From an uncultured Bacteroidales bacterium (GTDB lineage: Bacteria; Bacteroidota; Bacteroidia; Bacteroidales; UBA932): a stretch of DNA of 64,000 nt. The stretch lies in contig CAJOKD010000012.1 of the NCBI GenBank assembly GCA_905235085.1, positions 8,308 through 72,307 of the forward strand, given 5' to 3'. Made by a program: the position numbers and the translations under genes. Shown piece by piece: positions 55,539-64,000 of the stretch. The notes under the pieces were generated by a model that worked only from the letters and a program-made list of their open reading frames with translations, made no database searches and was not told where the DNA came from. The number at the start of each line of letters is the position of its first letter. The stretch's first letter is position 1.

Positions 55539-56558
55539 ATGAAAAGAGCAGCGAGCCTTATTCTGGCAGGATTGATATGCCTGGCCGCCACCGGACAGAC
55601 CAAGCCCTCCCCTTCCGAAGTGACTGTTGCCAAGGACGGGAGCGGAGACTTCACAACCATTCAGGAAGCCGTCAATGCCCTTAGGTCTTTCAGGCCGGAG
55701 GGCAGGGCCGTGATTCGTGTAAGGAACGGTGTATATGAGGAAAAAGTGGTGATTCCGGCGCACAAGACCGATATCTCTCTCATCGGGGAAAGCCGTGATT
55801 CGACCATCCTCATATGGCACGACCACGCCAATATGCCCGATGGGAAAGGAAGCACCATAGGGACATTCGAATCCTATACGCTGAAGGTGGAAGGACCTGG
55901 GTTCATCTGCGAGGATATGACTATCGTCAACGATGCGATGACCTACAACAATCCCCGGTGGCAGATAACCCGCAAGGATGTTTACAACTTAGGACAAGCA
56001 GTGGCGGTACATATAGATGCAGACCGGGTAGTATTCCGGAACTGCGCTCTCAAGGGCTTCCAGGACACATTGTTCACCGGGAACCCGGAAGGAAGGGAAC
56101 TGTTCGACAACTGCTGGATCGAAGGTACGGTCGATTTCATATTCGGCCCCGCCACGGTCTGGTTCAGGCAATGCCACCTCCACGCCCTTTCTGACGGGTA
56201 TTACACCGCCGCATCCACTCCGGAAGGCAGGTTCGGGTACATTTTCGACGCCTGCACATTCACTGCGGCCGAGGGCATCAGCAAACTGTGGCTCGGACGT
56301 CCCTGGCGTCCCTTTGCACAGGTAGTGCTCAAGGATTGCCTGATAGATGCACCGGTAGACCCGCTGGGATGGAACGACTGGGGAGATCCGGCCACCCACA
56401 AGACCGCCAGGTTCTGGGAATACTCCTGCTCCGGCAAGGGAGCCGGCCGCTCCGGCAGAGCTGCGTGGTCAAAGAGGATTTCCAACGGACGCGCCCGCAA
56501 GATTACGCAGGAGAAAGTGTTCACCCGCCCTGCGGATAAATGGGAAACTTACCGTTGA
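55539..56558 (+). CDS. Pectinesterase (carbohydrate esterase family 8)
   Basis: The CE8 signatures are present: GQAVAVHIDADRVVFRNCALKGFQDTLF, DFIFG and LGRPW. Confidence 0.9.
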   Translation: MKRAASLILAGLICLAATGQTKPSPSEVTVAKDGSGDFTTIQEAVNALRSFRPEGRAVIRVRNGVYEEKVVIPAHKTDISLIGESRDSTILIWHDHANMPDGKGSTIGTFESYTLKVEGPGFICEDMTIVNDAMTYNNPRWQITRKDVYNLGQAVAVHIDADRVVFRNCALKGFQDTLFTGNPEGRELFDNCWIEGTVDFIFGPATVWFRQCHLHALSDGYYTAASTPEGRFGYIFDACTFTAAEGISKLWLGRPWRPFAQVVLKDCLIDAPVDPLGWNDWGDPATHKTARFWEYSCSGKGAGRSGRAAWSKRISNGRARKITQEKVFTRPADKWETYR

Positions 56559-56584
56559 CCTGTCCATGTTTCACCAATAATTGC

Positions 56585-56592
56585 TAAATTTG
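56585..56592 (+). promoter_or_regulatory. Bacteroidota -7 box (TAAATTTG) upstream of upp
   Basis: It sits in a gcTAAATTTG context, 29 nt before ATG 56621. Confidence 0.45.
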
Positions 56593-56620
56593 TTAACGTA
56601 TTCCACATAATATTTAATCT

Positions 56621-57250
56621 ATGAGCAAATTGCACGTAATCAACCACCCTATGATCCAGCACAAGCTGACGATTATGAGGGACAAGAACACAGGATCCAA
56701 GGATTTCAGGGAACTTTTGAAGGAGATTTCGCTCCTGATGGGTTATGAAGTGACTAGGGAAATTCCCCTCGAGGCCGTGGAGATCGAGACTCCGATATGC
56801 AAGATGACAGCCAAGGAAGTTTCCGGACGCAAGCTTGCCATCGTGCCTATACTTCGAGCGGGAATGGGAATGGTGGAGGGCCTCCAGACTCTGGTGCCGG
56901 TAGCCAAGGTAGGTCATATAGGTCTTTATCGCGACGAGGAAACCAGGAATCCGGTGGTCTATTACTGCAAGCTCCCTGAGGATATCCAGGATAGGATGGT
57001 GATCGTAACCGATCCGATGCTCGCCACCGGAGGAAGCGCTTGCGATGCATTGTCAATGCTCAAGGAGAGAGGGTGCACGAATATCCGCCTGATGTGCCTG
57101 GTAGGTGTGCCGGAGGGCATCGAGAGGGTGCAGAGAGAACACCCTGACGTCGACATCTATCTTGCTGCCGTGGATGACCACCTGAATGAGAATGCATACA
57201 TCGTTCCTGGCCTCGGAGATGCAGGCGACAGGATTTTCGGCACCAAGTAA
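56621..57250 (+). CDS. upp: Uracil phosphoribosyltransferase
   Basis: 209 aa with [13 protein letters not shown], the PRPP motif [11 protein letters not shown] and a C-terminal [17 protein letters not shown]. Confidence 0.95.
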   Translation: MSKLHVINHPMIQHKLTIMRDKNTGSKDFRELLKEISLLMGYEVTREIPLEAVEIETPICKMTAKEVSGRKLAIVPILRAGMGMVEGLQTLVPVAKVGHIGLYRDEETRNPVVYYCKLPEDIQDRMVIVTDPMLATGGSACDALSMLKERGCTNIRLMCLVGVPEGIERVQREHPDVDIYLAAVDDHLNENAYIVPGLGDAGDRIFGTK

Positions 57251-57285
57251 CGACAACGAATTAAAGAACTGATAACCAATAATAT

Positions 57286-58251
57286 ATGGATTTCAAAAGA
57301 ATCGCGCTGATGGCTGTTTCCGCCATTGCGATAATGTCGATGGCCTCAGGATGCCTGGTAGGCAAATATATGTGCAACTACGCCCTGCTTCCTGAGGAGC
57401 ACGGCAACGACATCGAAGGAGACCGCGCGAAGGCGGAGTCAAGGTACCCTGGGATCATCAAGTGGTATGATGGCCTTCACGACTCAGGAGTATTCAAGGA
57501 CACGACTATGATCGGAGAAGGTGGATTCAAGCTCCACGCTGTGTATTCCCCTGCCTCCAAGCCGTCAAAGGCACAGGGTACGGCGATAGTCATCCACGGA
57601 TACACAGACAACCATCTCTGCTTCCTGAACCTTGTGAGGATGTATCGAGATTCCTTGAATTACAACGTGCTGGTACCGGACCTGCATTACCACGGCTATT
57701 CCGAAGGCAAGGCGGTACAGATGGGCTGGCTGGACAGGCTTGACATAGAAAGATGGATCCCTCTTGCCCACGGCATCTGGCCGGATGATTTTATGGTCAT
57801 CCACGGGGTTTCGATGGGCGCTGCCACCACTATGATGGTCAGCGGAGACGAATTGCCCGGATACGTAAGGGCATTCGTCGAGGACTGCGGTTATTCCTCA
57901 GTCTGGGACCAGTACAAGCATAACCTGAAGGACCAGTTCCATCTTCCTCCTTTCCCTGTACTGACAAGCGCCAACATAGTCTGCAGGAACCGCTACGGAT
58001 GGGATTTCAAGGAGGCATCCTCCGTCAACCAGCTTGCAAAATGTGACCGGCCGATGCTCTTCATCCACGGAGAGAACGATGATTTCGTGCCTACAGACCA
58101 CGTTTACAAGAACTACGAGGCGAAGACAAAGGGGTACAAGGAACTCTGGATTGCTCCGGGCTCAGAACACGCTATGTCATACAAGGACCACCCTGCCGAA
58201 TATACCGCCCGCGTAAGGGCTTTCCTGGCAAAGGTCAAGGAGATTAAATAA
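57286..58251 (+). CDS. Alpha/beta-hydrolase lipoprotein
   Basis: Lipobox MASGC. It has the nucleophile elbow HGVSMGA and late Asp and His residues (GENDDFV, GSEHAM). Confidence 0.75.
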   Translation: MDFKRIALMAVSAIAIMSMASGCLVGKYMCNYALLPEEHGNDIEGDRAKAESRYPGIIKWYDGLHDSGVFKDTTMIGEGGFKLHAVYSPASKPSKAQGTAIVIHGYTDNHLCFLNLVRMYRDSLNYNVLVPDLHYHGYSEGKAVQMGWLDRLDIERWIPLAHGIWPDDFMVIHGVSMGAATTMMVSGDELPGYVRAFVEDCGYSSVWDQYKHNLKDQFHLPPFPVLTSANIVCRNRYGWDFKEASSVNQLAKCDRPMLFIHGENDDFVPTDHVYKNYEAKTKGYKELWIAPGSEHAMSYKDHPAEYTARVRAFLAKVKEIK

Positions 58252-58286
58252 TCGACGGATTAGTTTTGATTTTCGAATAATTAGCG

Positions 58287-58294
58287 TAAATTTG
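58287..58294 (+). promoter_or_regulatory. Bacteroidota -7 box (TAAATTTG) upstream of tRNA-Val
   Basis: Matches TAnnTTTG, 15 nt before the tRNA 5' end. Confidence 0.45.
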
Positions 58295-58308
58295 CGGTCC
58301 GATAGGAC

Positions 58309-58383
58309 AGGGGCGTAGCCCAGCTGGTTTAGAGCGCTGCAGTCACATTGCAGAGGTCGTCGGTTCGAGCCCGACCGTCCCTA
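58309..58383 (+). tRNA. tRNA-Val (anticodon CAC)
   Basis: It folds by hand. The acceptor stem is AGGGGCG/CGTCCCT with one G-U pair. The anticodon stem is CTGCA/TGCAG with loop GTCACAT. The T arm is GTCGG-TTCGAGC-CCGAC. The D stem has one C-A mismatch, and CCA is not encoded. Confidence 0.9.
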
Positions 58384-58394
58384 CAGTTTTATCA

Positions 58395-58421
58395 AAGCCG
58401 TTGACGATCAACGGCTTTTTT
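58395..58421 (+). terminator. Rho-independent terminator after tRNA-Val
   Basis: AAGCCGTTGA-cga-TCAACGGCTT forms a perfect 10-bp stem running into a T tract (TTTTTT). Confidence 0.7.
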
Positions 58422-58443
58422 GATTATACACATAGACTAAGAT

Positions 58444-59382
58444 ATGAGAAGAATCGCCCTGCTGGCAGTCGTACTGCTCGTTTCCGTCAACTGCCCCGCC
58501 CAGTTCAAGGTAGCCACATACAAGGACGGCAAGAAAGCCGCCTTGTCCTTCACTTTCGATGACGGAGCTTCAGACCAGCTCACCCTGGCGATACCTCAGC
58601 TTGAGAAAAGAGGCTGGAGGGGAACCTTCTACATCATAGGCAGTTTCATCCCTGAAGGTGACGGCACCGGATTCACCTGGGATGTGATACGCGACCTGGG
58701 AGGACGCGGCCACGAAATCGGCTCCCATACTATGACTCACAGGAACCTGCTGGAAATCCCTTATACGGATGCAGTAAGGGAAGTATATGACTGTGACAGC
58801 CTCATTATGGCCAGGACCGGAGTCAGGCCGCTTTCCTTCGCATATCCGTTCAATGCCGCGGATGCCAGGATCAAGGATATGGCTGAATCAGGGAAAGTCG
58901 GTTCCAGGACTACCCAGGCTGTCCTGGGTGGAAGGACTACCGTGGATGGATTCACGAAGAGGCTCGATGAAACGATAAACCGCGACGGATGGCTGATCAC
59001 GATGACACACGGAATAGAGAAAGGTTATGACCATTTCACCGACCTCGAAACCTTCATTGGATATCTCGACCTGATCAAAGGCCGCGAGGACGACCTGTGG
59101 ATAGCCCCTTTCGCTGAAGTGACCTCATACATCAAGGAGCGCGACGACGTCCGTCTGGACATCAGGGTCAAAGGCAAGAAGGTCCGGATAGCTCCGGAAT
59201 GCTCACTCGACAGAGAGATATTCCACTCCACCCTGTCACTGGAGACTCCTCTTCAGGTAAGGAAAGCCAAGCAGGGCCGTAAGGACTTGAAACTGAAGCG
59301 TTTCGGAGAAAAGACGTTTGTAGAGTTCGATCCATTCGGAAGCAGCATCGTACTGAAGCTGTCCAAACGCGCGGATCAATAG
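58444..59382 (+). CDS. Polysaccharide deacetylase (CE4/NodB-like) family protein
   Basis: It has a signal peptide, the NodB motif FTFDDGASDQ and a His motif (GSHTMTH). Confidence 0.8.
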   Translation: MRRIALLAVVLLVSVNCPAQFKVATYKDGKKAALSFTFDDGASDQLTLAIPQLEKRGWRGTFYIIGSFIPEGDGTGFTWDVIRDLGGRGHEIGSHTMTHRNLLEIPYTDAVREVYDCDSLIMARTGVRPLSFAYPFNAADARIKDMAESGKVGSRTTQAVLGGRTTVDGFTKRLDETINRDGWLITMTHGIEKGYDHFTDLETFIGYLDLIKGREDDLWIAPFAEVTSYIKERDDVRLDIRVKGKKVRIAPECSLDREIFHSTLSLETPLQVRKAKQGRKDLKLKRFGEKTFVEFDPFGSSIVLKLSKRADQ

Positions 59383-61769
59383 CCTTTAACGCTGACTGTC
59401 CCGGACAGGCGGATGTCAGCCGAACTGGAACCAAGCATTATCTCGAATTCGCCAGGCTCGAATACCCTCACCATATCCTTGCCTACTATAGAAAGGTCGT
59501 CAAGGGTCAGTGTAAAGGAAACCCTCCTTGACTCTCCCTGGGCCAGGGATACCCTTTCGAAGCCACGGAGGACCGAATCGTAGGTAACCACCGAACTCAC
59601 TTTGTCGCGGACATACAACTGCACTACCTCGGTTCCAGGCCGTTCCCCCGTATTCGTAACCACCGCATCGACCTTCAGTCCTTTCCCATCTGATACAGCT
59701 ATCGAAAGGTCCGAATATGCGAAACTGGTATAACTCAGACCGTGGCCGAATGGATACAGAGGCCCGATGACCCTGGAAACGCCGTTGCCGTTTGGATCGC
59801 CTGATCGCTTCTGCCCACCGTGGGAACCCTTCTTGTATGGGAAATTGTATTCAATCTGTCCTATAGACTTCGGGAATGTGACTGTAAGCTTGCCGCTGGG
59901 ATTGTTGTCTCCGAAAAGGGTCTCGGCCAGGATGCTGCCTCCTTCGCAGTGAGGGAACCACATTTCCAGGATGGAAGGAAGGTTCTCATCCTCCCAGTTG
60001 ACTGTAAGCGGCCGGCCGTTGACCAAGACCAGGACGACAGGTTTGCCCGTTTCCTTCAAAGCCATAAGCAGCATTCTCTGCCTTCCTGGAAGGTCGAGCG
60101 AGGTCCTGGAGTGGCTTTCCCCGACACAATCCGTATCCTCACCCATAACGGCGATGACGACGTCTGCGTCCTCCGCCTTCCTCACTGCTTGGCGGATCAT
60201 ATCCATCTCGCCGTCGCTCGGCGGGTATGGGATAATCTCGCTCACCGGCCAGCGGGCATCCTTCACCTCGCAGCCCTTGGCGAAGTCCACTTCAACGGAA
60301 GTACCTGACAGATAGTCTCGTATACCTTCCAGCATACTTGTACAATGAAGCCCGTTCGGCCCGTATCGGCTAATCATATAACCGGTTTCTTCGGCCATCG
60401 GACCGGTGACCAGTATTCTGTTCAGGGATGACTTGTCCAGCGGAAGCAGATTCCCCTCGTTCTTGAGCAACACCACGGACTGCCTGCCCATTTCCCTGAC
60501 GAACGGACCGTTCACCGCAGGCCCGACCTCTGCATCAGCCTGCTTGCCGTCTCCGGTAAAAGGATTGTCGAAAAGGCCGAGACGGAACTTGACCCTCAAC
60601 ACTTCGCGCACCCTTTCGTCCACCACTTCTTCCGAAAGCCTGCCCTCCCTGACGAGACGGCGGACAGCATCGATGAATACGGCCGGCATAGTGAAATTGG
60701 TCCGCACGTTCAATCCTGCCTCAAGCACCTGACGGACAGCATCATCGTAATCAGCAGCCACCTGATGCTTAGTCTGGACGAACTCTACGGCCTCGCTGTC
60801 GCTGACCACATATCCCTCGAATCCGAACTCCTTCCTCAGCAGCTCGGTAAGGAAATATCCCGAAGCGATTACCGGTTCTCCGTCCCAGTCGTTATAACTG
60901 GCCATAACCTCCATAGGATGAGCTTCTTCGACCACCCTTCGGAAAGGATAGAGGAATATCTCGTGCAACTCGTGGGGAGTAATGTGCGGGTCAGTCCGGC
61001 AGTCGGCATCCCTGCCGCCCTTGGGGACTCCGTATGCAACGTAATGCTTCAAGCAAGAGGCTACACCCTGGCTCTGGATTCCTTCCACCATCCTACGACC
61101 GAGTTCCGACACCAGGTACGGGTCTTCGCCATAACATTCCAGCACCCTGCCCCATCTCTGGTCCCGGGCGACATCCAGGATAGGAGCGTACACGCTGTGA
61201 TAGCCGAGCAGACGGGCTTCAAGTCCTGCGATACGGCCGGCTTCCAGGACCAGGTCCCTGTTCCAGGAACTCCCTATGGCGATAGGTGCAGGAAGAGGAG
61301 TCGCATTGGTATGGTTCAATCCGTGGATACCTTCATTCGAAAACTCCACCGGGATACCGAGCCTGGTCTGCTCCACGAACCACTTCTGGGTCTCGTGAAG
61401 CGCTTTCACGTGATTAGGGAACGGATAGATCAGGTCATGGTGTGCCTTGTATGCCTTCCCCACCCCGTTCAACTGCTCATCTATGTTGGCTATTCCGCTC
61501 GACCAGACCTCCTGCTTCCACCCATCTGCAGGCAGCGGATCAGGAAGCACACGGCCGCACCCATACAGGGTTGCAAGCTGGCAGGACTTTTCCTCCAGAG
61601 TCATCTGGCCAAGAAGGTCTTCTACCCTGTCCTCAAGCGGAGCGGAAGGATCCTCGTAGACATCCTTCGAACCGTTCTTGTTGAAATCGATCCAACCCTT
61701 GTGGTATATACCTTTCCCTCCCCAGAGGCTCAGGCATACGAAAAACAGCTGAACGAGAAGTCTCATCAT
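59376..61769 (-). CDS. Glycoside hydrolase family 3 (beta-glucosidase/beta-xylosidase-like)
   Basis: It has a signal peptide and the GH3 motifs KHYVAYG and GYVVSDS. The 3' end overlaps the convergent CE4 gene by 7 nt. Confidence 0.88.
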   Translation of the reverse strand: MMRLLVQLFFVCLSLWGGKGIYHKGWIDFNKNGSKDVYEDPSAPLEDRVEDLLGQMTLEEKSCQLATLYGCGRVLPDPLPADGWKQEVWSSGIANIDEQLNGVGKAYKAHHDLIYPFPNHVKALHETQKWFVEQTRLGIPVEFSNEGIHGLNHTNATPLPAPIAIGSSWNRDLVLEAGRIAGLEARLLGYHSVYAPILDVARDQRWGRVLECYGEDPYLVSELGRRMVEGIQSQGVASCLKHYVAYGVPKGGRDADCRTDPHITPHELHEIFLYPFRRVVEEAHPMEVMASYNDWDGEPVIASGYFLTELLRKEFGFEGYVVSDSEAVEFVQTKHQVAADYDDAVRQVLEAGLNVRTNFTMPAVFIDAVRRLVREGRLSEEVVDERVREVLRVKFRLGLFDNPFTGDGKQADAEVGPAVNGPFVREMGRQSVVLLKNEGNLLPLDKSSLNRILVTGPMAEETGYMISRYGPNGLHCTSMLEGIRDYLSGTSVEVDFAKGCEVKDARWPVSEIIPYPPSDGEMDMIRQAVRKAEDADVVIAVMGEDTDCVGESHSRTSLDLPGRQRMLLMALKETGKPVVLVLVNGRPLTVNWEDENLPSILEMWFPHCEGGSILAETLFGDNNPSGKLTVTFPKSIGQIEYNFPYKKGSHGGQKRSGDPNGNGVSRVIGPLYPFGHGLSYTSFAYSDLSIAVSDGKGLKVDAVVTNTGERPGTEVVQLYVRDKVSSVVTYDSVLRGFERVSLAQGESRRVSFTLTLDDLSIVGKDMVRVFEPGEFEIMLGSSSADIRLSGTVSVKGY

Positions 61770-63382
61770 TTGATATTCTCCCTACGCATTATGACAAGCA
61801 CGTCCCCACTCTCGAGGATAGTATGCCCCTTAGGTATAATGACCTCTTCTCCGCGCCTGATCATAAGCACGATGGAGTCCTCATCCTTCGGATATTCACG
61901 CAGGATATGGCCCTCCCACTTGCTGTTAGGCGGCAGAGGATGTTCATAAAGGATCATATCACTCTTCTCCTGGTATGACCTGGCGCAGAACACCACTTCG
62001 TCACCTGAGCGGAGAACGGTGTGGCCATCTGGTATTATCTGCTCCCCATCTCTGATCAACATCGCGAGCAGGAAGCCTGGAGGAAGAGCCATCTCCTTGA
62101 TCGACAGATCTTTCCACGCACTCTTGTCATTGATTATGAAATGTCCGAAATGAAGCTCCTCGTTCTCGTTGTAGTCGCTGAAGGTCTTCATGACATCAGT
62201 GTCCTTGTCGATCATATCAAGTTTACGGGCGGCATAAGGGATCAGCGAACCCTGAAGTGCGATCGAAATCAAGACGATGCAGAATACTATGCTGAAGATA
62301 TCATTCCCCGGCTGTACGGACCCCGTAAGTATCAGGAGCGAGAATACGATGGATGCCGCACCCCTGAGTCCGACGAAAGACACCAAGGCGGTCTGCTTCA
62401 ATGAATATTTGCGGAAACCTCCGGCAGGGCCGAGGATGCTTCCCACGGCAAGAGGCCTCGCCACGAAGGTAAGGAACAAGAATATCATGATAGCCGGCAA
62501 TATCGCCTTCGTCAGGTCTGCAGGATTGGCCAGAAGACCCAGCATGAAGAAGATGAATATCTGCATAAGACCGGTGAGGCCGTCGAAGAAATTGATCATC
62601 GGCTTACGGTCAGGGAAATCATTGTTTCCCAAAATGATACCCACGATGTATGCACTCAGGTAGCCGTTGCCTCCGATCAGAGATGGGAAAGCATAGGATA
62701 TTACGGCTACGGCTAGGATGAAAAGGGTCAGGTTGCCCGAACTGGAGAACCTCAGACGCCTGAGGGACAACAAGGCTGCTTGACCGATGATCAGACCGCA
62801 GGCGGCGCCGAAGATCATCTGAGCAAAAATAGTCCAGACTATGTTTCCGGCGCTTGCAGTCCCTGAGAGGACTGAAATCATCACGGCCGTAAGCATATAG
62901 GACATAGGGTCGTTGGATCCGCTTTCCACCTCGATGAGAGGTGCGGTGTTGTTCCTGAGACCCAGCCTCTTGCTCCTTAGGATCGAGAATACGGAAGCCG
63001 CGTCCGTGGAGCTTATGACGGAACCCATCAAGAAGCTCTCAACCCATCCCCACTTCAACGCAAAGTGACAGAAAAGGCCAGTAAGGGAGGCTGTAAGCAG
63101 GACTCCCAACGTTGCCAGGAGCGCCGAATCCCTGACCACCGGCTTAGCGGACAACCACCTTGTACCGAAGCCGCCATAGAACATAATGAATATGAGAGCC
63201 ACGGTACAGATATCCCTGATAACCCAGTAGATGTTGTCTCCCATACTGGTTTCCGACACTTTGATAACCATTCCAAGCAGGAGGAATAGGAGCAGGGCGG
63301 GAACACCTATCTTGCCTGATATCTTATTCAGGAACAAGCAAGTAAGGATGATTAAGGAAAAAGCAACAAGGAATACTATCAT
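61766..63382 (-). CDS. K+/H+ (cation:proton) antiporter, CPA1/NhaP2-like, with two C-terminal TrkA-C domains
   Basis: About 11 TM helices are followed by two RCK_C-like segments (LRSGDEVVFCA, LESGDVLVIM). Confidence 0.85.
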   Translation of the reverse strand: MIVFLVAFSLIILTCLFLNKISGKIGVPALLLFLLLGMVIKVSETSMGDNIYWVIRDICTVALIFIMFYGGFGTRWLSAKPVVRDSALLATLGVLLTASLTGLFCHFALKWGWVESFLMGSVISSTDAASVFSILRSKRLGLRNNTAPLIEVESGSNDPMSYMLTAVMISVLSGTASAGNIVWTIFAQMIFGAACGLIIGQAALLSLRRLRFSSSGNLTLFILAVAVISYAFPSLIGGNGYLSAYIVGIILGNNDFPDRKPMINFFDGLTGLMQIFIFFMLGLLANPADLTKAILPAIMIFLFLTFVARPLAVGSILGPAGGFRKYSLKQTALVSFVGLRGAASIVFSLLILTGSVQPGNDIFSIVFCIVLISIALQGSLIPYAARKLDMIDKDTDVMKTFSDYNENEELHFGHFIINDKSAWKDLSIKEMALPPGFLLAMLIRDGEQIIPDGHTVLRSGDEVVFCARSYQEKSDMILYEHPLPPNSKWEGHILREYPKDEDSIVLMIRRGEEVIIPKGHTILESGDVLVIMRRENIK

Positions 63383-64000
63383 TTATTCTTCAGATTAATC
63401 CGTTCATATTCGTTCAAGGCTCCGATAGCCTTCGGAGACAGGAGGATTATGGCAACGACATTTACCCACGCCATTATTCCGACTCCTATATCTCCCAGAG
63501 TCCAGACAAGGTTGGCCTCCTTCACGGCTCCGAAAACTATGGCTGTCAGCTGCACGACCTGGAGTATCCTGACCAGGATCATTTCTGTGCGCGGAGAACA
63601 TTTGCCGTTCAGGTTGCAAAGGTAGATGATGCTGGATTCGGAATAGAAGTAATATGCCATTATGGTCGTAAAGACGAAGAACGCCAGGGCGATGCTTATG
63701 AATATGCTTCCGAATCCGCCCAGCACCGTATCGATGGCCGCCTGGGTGAAACCGACGTAATTCGCCCCGAGTTCAGGAGAATTGGCTACCAGCATCGAAG
63801 AGTCGGGGCCCAGGATGTTGTACGTCCCCGCGGAGAGGATCATCAAGGCTGTCGCGGTGCAGACCAGAAGGGTGTCCACATACACGGAGAAAGCCTGGAC
63901 CAGTCCCTGCTCCGCCGGATGCTTCACATCCGCCGATGCGGAAGGGATGGCTCCCGTTCCCTGACCTGCCTCATTGGAGAACAAACCACGCTTCACGCCC
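63379..64000 (-). CDS. Alanine/glycine:cation symporter (AGCS family), C-terminal part; 5' end lies beyond the window
   Basis: RGLFSNEAGQGTGAIP is the AGCS consensus, followed by TM helices. The frame stays open to the window edge. Confidence 0.8.
   Translation of the reverse strand, partial: GVKRGLFSNEAGQGTGAIPSASADVKHPAEQGLVQAFSVYVDTLLVCTATALMILSAGTYNILGPDSSMLVANSPELGANYVGFTQAAIDTVLGGFGSIFISIALAFFVFTTIMAYYFYSESSIIYLCNLNGKCSPRTEMILVRILQVVQLTAIVFGAVKEANLVWTLGDIGVGIMAWVNVVAIILLSPKAIGALNEYERINLKNK

Noticed and set aside
54503-55660. 385-aa minus-strand ORF spanning the 3' end of the esterase gene, the whole lipoprotein gene and the 5' end of the pectinesterase gene.
   Set aside because: It was intriguing because it crosses two intergenic gaps. 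However, both gaps are only 7-15 nt, the plus-strand genes each have signal peptides and catalytic motifs, and the minus-strand translation has no recognisable domain.
60765-61949. 394-aa plus-strand ORF antisense to the GH3 gene and the antiporter 3' end. Similar cases are 1936-2856, 9886-10707, 39808-40623, 42465-43289 and 49693-50706.
   Set aside because: All are mirror-frame ORFs of confidently identified genes and have no independent signals.
1-64000. A whole-window search by eye for CRISPR repeats, long direct or inverted repeats, IS ends, toxin-antitoxin pairs, restriction-modification genes, and phage or conjugation genes.
   Set aside because: None was found. Intergenic space is minimal, mostly under 150 bp, and every ORF over 100 aa in a plausible frame is accounted for by a metabolic, transport or CAZyme function. 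I cannot support any claim of a defence or mobile system here.

Overview
This is a dense, almost fully coding chromosomal segment, roughly 53-55% GC by eye. It most likely comes from a Bacteroidota (Bacteroidales-type) anaerobe. Three things point that way: repeated TAnnTTTG '-7' promoter boxes in front of genes and tRNAs, many lipoprotein signal peptides ending in Cys, and scattered glycoside hydrolase and carbohydrate esterase genes.

Content falls into three groups:
1. Ferredoxin-centred fermentation genes:
- a citrate lyase operon, citD-E-F-X plus a fused citC-citG;
- a divergently transcribed electron-bifurcating-type [FeFe] hydrogenase (hydB-hydA-hydC), with maturases hydG and hydF nearby and hydE 25 kb away;
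- a four-subunit 2-oxoacid:ferredoxin oxidoreductase preceded by buk, ilvE and a small TPR gene;
- nfnAB.
2. CAZymes without SusC/SusD: three GH3, one GH2, one GH106-like, plus CE1-like, CE8 and CE4 esterases.
3. Housekeeping, transport and other genes: purN, upp, ettA, ridA, trmO, tRNA-Ser(CGA), tRNA-Val(CAC), a heterodimeric ABC exporter, an MscS-family channel, a CPA1 antiporter, an AGCS symporter and a LytS/LytTR two-component pair.

I found no CRISPR array, integrase, transposase, phage, toxin-antitoxin or recognisable defence genes, so I do not see a mobile or defence island here.

The most unusual items are three in-frame domain fusions:
- a Na/Pi-cotransporter-PhoU protein ending in an OmpR/PhoB-type winged-helix DNA-binding domain;
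- a YhhN (lysoplasmalogenase family) membrane domain fused to a class-3 aldehyde dehydrogenase;
- CitC fused to CitG.

There are also two decayed genes: an outer-membrane beta-barrel gene with a TAG right after its signal peptide, and an internally deleted ResB-like remnant.

All calls rest on motif recognition in the supplied translations and on my own hand translation. No database search was run, so the novelty of the fusions is unverified.
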